Virus record (IMG/VR): IMGVR_UViG_3300049215_000772
Location: 64,001-128,000 of that record
Source: a virus
Lineage: Duplodnaviria > Heunggongvirae > Uroviricota > Caudoviricetes
Length of the DNA stretch: 64,000 nucleotides
Strand: one strand, 5' to 3'
Below, piece by piece: positions 62,658 to 64,000 of this stretch. Made by a program: the position numbers and the translations under genes. Below the pieces are notes generated by a model. The model was not told the origin of the DNA. It made no database searches and saw only the letters and a list, made by a program, of their open reading frames with translations. Numbering within the stretch: position 1 is the first letter of the stretch; each line of letters opens with the position of its first letter.

Positions 62658-62728
62658 TGCGGTTTAGAGGAGTGGTCCCTTGCCAGGCTCATAACCTGGA
62701 GACGCTGGTTCAAATCCAGCAGCCGCAA
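62658..62728 (+). tRNA. tRNA(CAT), elongator Met or Ile2
   Basis: full cloverleaf, CCAGG/CCTGG anticodon stem. Confidence 0.9.
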
Positions 62729-62730
62729 CT

Positions 62731-63000
62731 AAGGTGACTCGTTGTCGCCTGCTTTACGAAAGACACGCCCTGCGGGGCACAAGTGGAGCTAGTACAATGT
62801 CTTGTTTCGCACGGACTCAGTGGCATAACGAACGTGGGCAAAATCAGCCCCGTCCGACGCCGTGCGCCGGTAAGCCTGTACAGCCAAATACCATTTGCAC
62901 CGTCGAAGATAAAGCAGCCATCGAGTCCTAAACCGCCACAAGCTGGCCGGTGAGGGACGAAAAATCCTGAGCCGGTAAGCTGAGATAACCGTAAATCACA
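62731..63000 (+). ncRNA. unassigned roughly 270-nt RNA
   Basis: no credible ORF; hairpins; CCGGTAAGC twice; ends at a terminator. Confidence 0.4.
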
Positions 63001-63002
63001 GC

Positions 63003-63045
63003 AACCCCTGCTCAGGAGAGAAGTCTCCAGTGCAGGGGTTTTTTG
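63003..63045 (+). terminator. rho-independent terminator
   Basis: AACCCCTGC...GCAGGGGTT-TTTTG with inner GGAGA/TCTCC. Confidence 0.8.
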
Positions 63046-63087
63046 TTGGAATACATCGAGATACGGCAGGCCAGAACCGACAGGAGT

Positions 63088-63315
63088 ATGAAGAAGGTTT
63101 CGGACCTGATTGAAGATTTGAAAAAATTTCCGCCTGACGCATACGCTGCGGCGTACTCAGCAGAAGCAACAGGCATTGTGATCTACCCGGAGACGTTCGG
63201 AATTTACGACTTCTGGAATGATCCGAGGGCTGAGAAGGCAGACGAGAGCGTAGGGTTCATTGACTTGTACTACTACGATCCTCGAACCGACAAGGAGAAA
63301 GAACATGACTTATAA
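63088..63315 (+). CDS. hypothetical protein
   Basis: AGGAG RBS; MKKVSDLIEDL. Confidence 0.65.
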   Translation: MKKVSDLIEDLKKFPPDAYAAAYSAEATGIVIYPETFGIYDFWNDPRAEKADESVGFIDLYYYDPRTDKEKEHDL

Positions 63316-63339
63316 ACGCACCCCCATCCACGCAATTAT

Positions 63340-63413
63340 GGGGCTGTAGCTCAAGTGGGCAGAGTACCCGCCTTTTAAGCGGAGGGATGTCGGATCGTGG
63401 CCGACCGGCCCTA
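63340..63413 (+). tRNA. tRNA-Lys(TTT) with non-canonical T loop ATCGTGG
   Basis: acceptor, D and T stems pair; loop CT-TTT-AA; C27:A43 mismatch. Confidence 0.75.
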
Positions 63414-63429
63414 CTCAAACAGGTGACGG

Positions 63430-63915
63430 ATGTTGAAGGTTTCGGAGACAACGAATCTCGGAGAAACTAGCCCGATACAAGGGCATCTGGAAATGGTGGA
63501 TGACCTGGTAAAACACCAACACGGCTGGGCCGTGATTCACCGAAAACTTCCAGTTGAAGAAATCTACGCCGGATTCCTCACCCACCTGGGGCATCCGGTC
63601 AGGAAGCGAAGGGTGGACGAAGATGAAGTGAGGGCGTACTCGAAGTGGTTGAAGGATAACGGCGAGCCGGTGTTCTCAACTATCATCGAGGGCATGAGAG
63701 AACGAGGAAAAACCCCTCATGCCATTAGGATTACGATGATGTTCCTGATCGCCAATTTGGAATGGTTGAAAGAAAAAGAAGCCCTGGAGGGAAGAAACCG
63801 AAGCATAGATGATGGTTCTGTTGGCGAAGCGCCTATAGCTCAATTGGTAGAGCAACAGACTTTTAATCTGTGGGTTCCGAGTTCGAGTCTCGGTGGGCGC
63901 ACAAAACGGCCTTAG
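63430..63915 (+). CDS. hypothetical protein whose frame runs through tRNA-Lys
   Basis: AGG upstream; protein-like composition up to about 63828. Confidence 0.55.
   Translation: MLKVSETTNLGETSPIQGHLEMVDDLVKHQHGWAVIHRKLPVEEIYAGFLTHLGHPVRKRRVDEDEVRAYSKWLKDNGEPVFSTIIEGMRERGKTPHAIRITMMFLIANLEWLKEKEALEGRNRSIDDGSVGEAPIAQLVEQQTFNLWVPSSSLGGRTKRP
63829..63901 (+). tRNA. tRNA-Lys(TTT), canonical
   Basis: full cloverleaf, T loop TTCGAGT. Confidence 0.95.
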
Positions 63916-63976
63916 TTGTAACGGTGCATATCGCTCTGATAAGGCGACGGATCGGGTTCGACTCCCGGAAGGCCGA
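63907..63976 (+). tRNA. tRNA-Ile(GAT)
   Basis: 7-bp acceptor CGGCCTT/AAGGCCG, loop CT-GAT-AA, T loop TTCGACT; A8. Confidence 0.85.
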
Positions 63977-64000
63977 CTGAAACAAGCGATCCTATTTTGG

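Noticed and set aside
62923-62962. Hammerhead-like GAGTCC...GGACGAAA
   Set aside because: The CTGAnGA core is absent (CATCGA instead)
1-64000. Bacterial or archaeal chromosome origin, given IF3, S21, DnaJ, LigA, ALDH and SRP RNA
   Set aside because: The genes lack their operon partners, are interleaved with virion-type, homing endonuclease and tiny unknown ORFs, and share phage-type promoter motifs
1-64000. CRISPR array
   Set aside because: No regularly spaced direct repeats with unique spacers; the 58-kb repeat has only two units and structured spacers
1-64000. Stop-codon reassignment
   Set aside because: Recognisable proteins are full length in the standard code, TAA, TAG and TGA all end genes, and no suppressor tRNA was seen

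Overview
This window is a segment of a large, T4-like or jumbo-type bacteriophage genome, not a cellular chromosome. Genes are dense and almost all on the + strand. Housekeeping-like genes (bS21, PDF, IF3, IscA, GroES, DnaJ, LigA, PhoH, dUTPase) are scattered without their bacterial operon neighbours among many small unknown ORFs, virion-type proteins, a homing endonuclease and three sigma-like factors; one of these resembles the T4 gp55 late sigma. Two promoter classes can be read directly: eight sigma70-type TTTACA-N17-TAnnAT promoters (seven of them from 42 kb onward) and about 14 TAAATA-like late boxes just upstream of start codons (mostly before 50 kb). Highlights: (1) a complete ubiquitin-like conjugation cassette, E2-E2-JAB-E1-Ubl (52.3-56.5 kb); (2) an RNA-rich end region with several tRNAs (some atypical), an anticodon-less tRNA-like RNA, a probable phage-encoded SRP (4.5S) RNA and several unassigned structured RNAs; (3) a repeated tRNA-like RNA element carrying a CCGG-CCA-YCGG hairpin (58 kb twice, plus 46.8 kb and 30.2 kb); (4) a roughly 400-nt double-pseudoknot RNA resembling the mRNA-like domain of tmRNA; (5) tryptophan/aromatic catabolism enzymes (IDO, an IpdC/PDC-type decarboxylase, ALDH); (6) a PspA (ESCRT-III-like) membrane module; (7) candidate packaged proteins with T4 capsid-targeting-like N-termini, including a zincin protease. 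All protein family calls come from recognising motifs by eye. RNA pairings were traced by hand and not computed. The host cannot be determined from this window.
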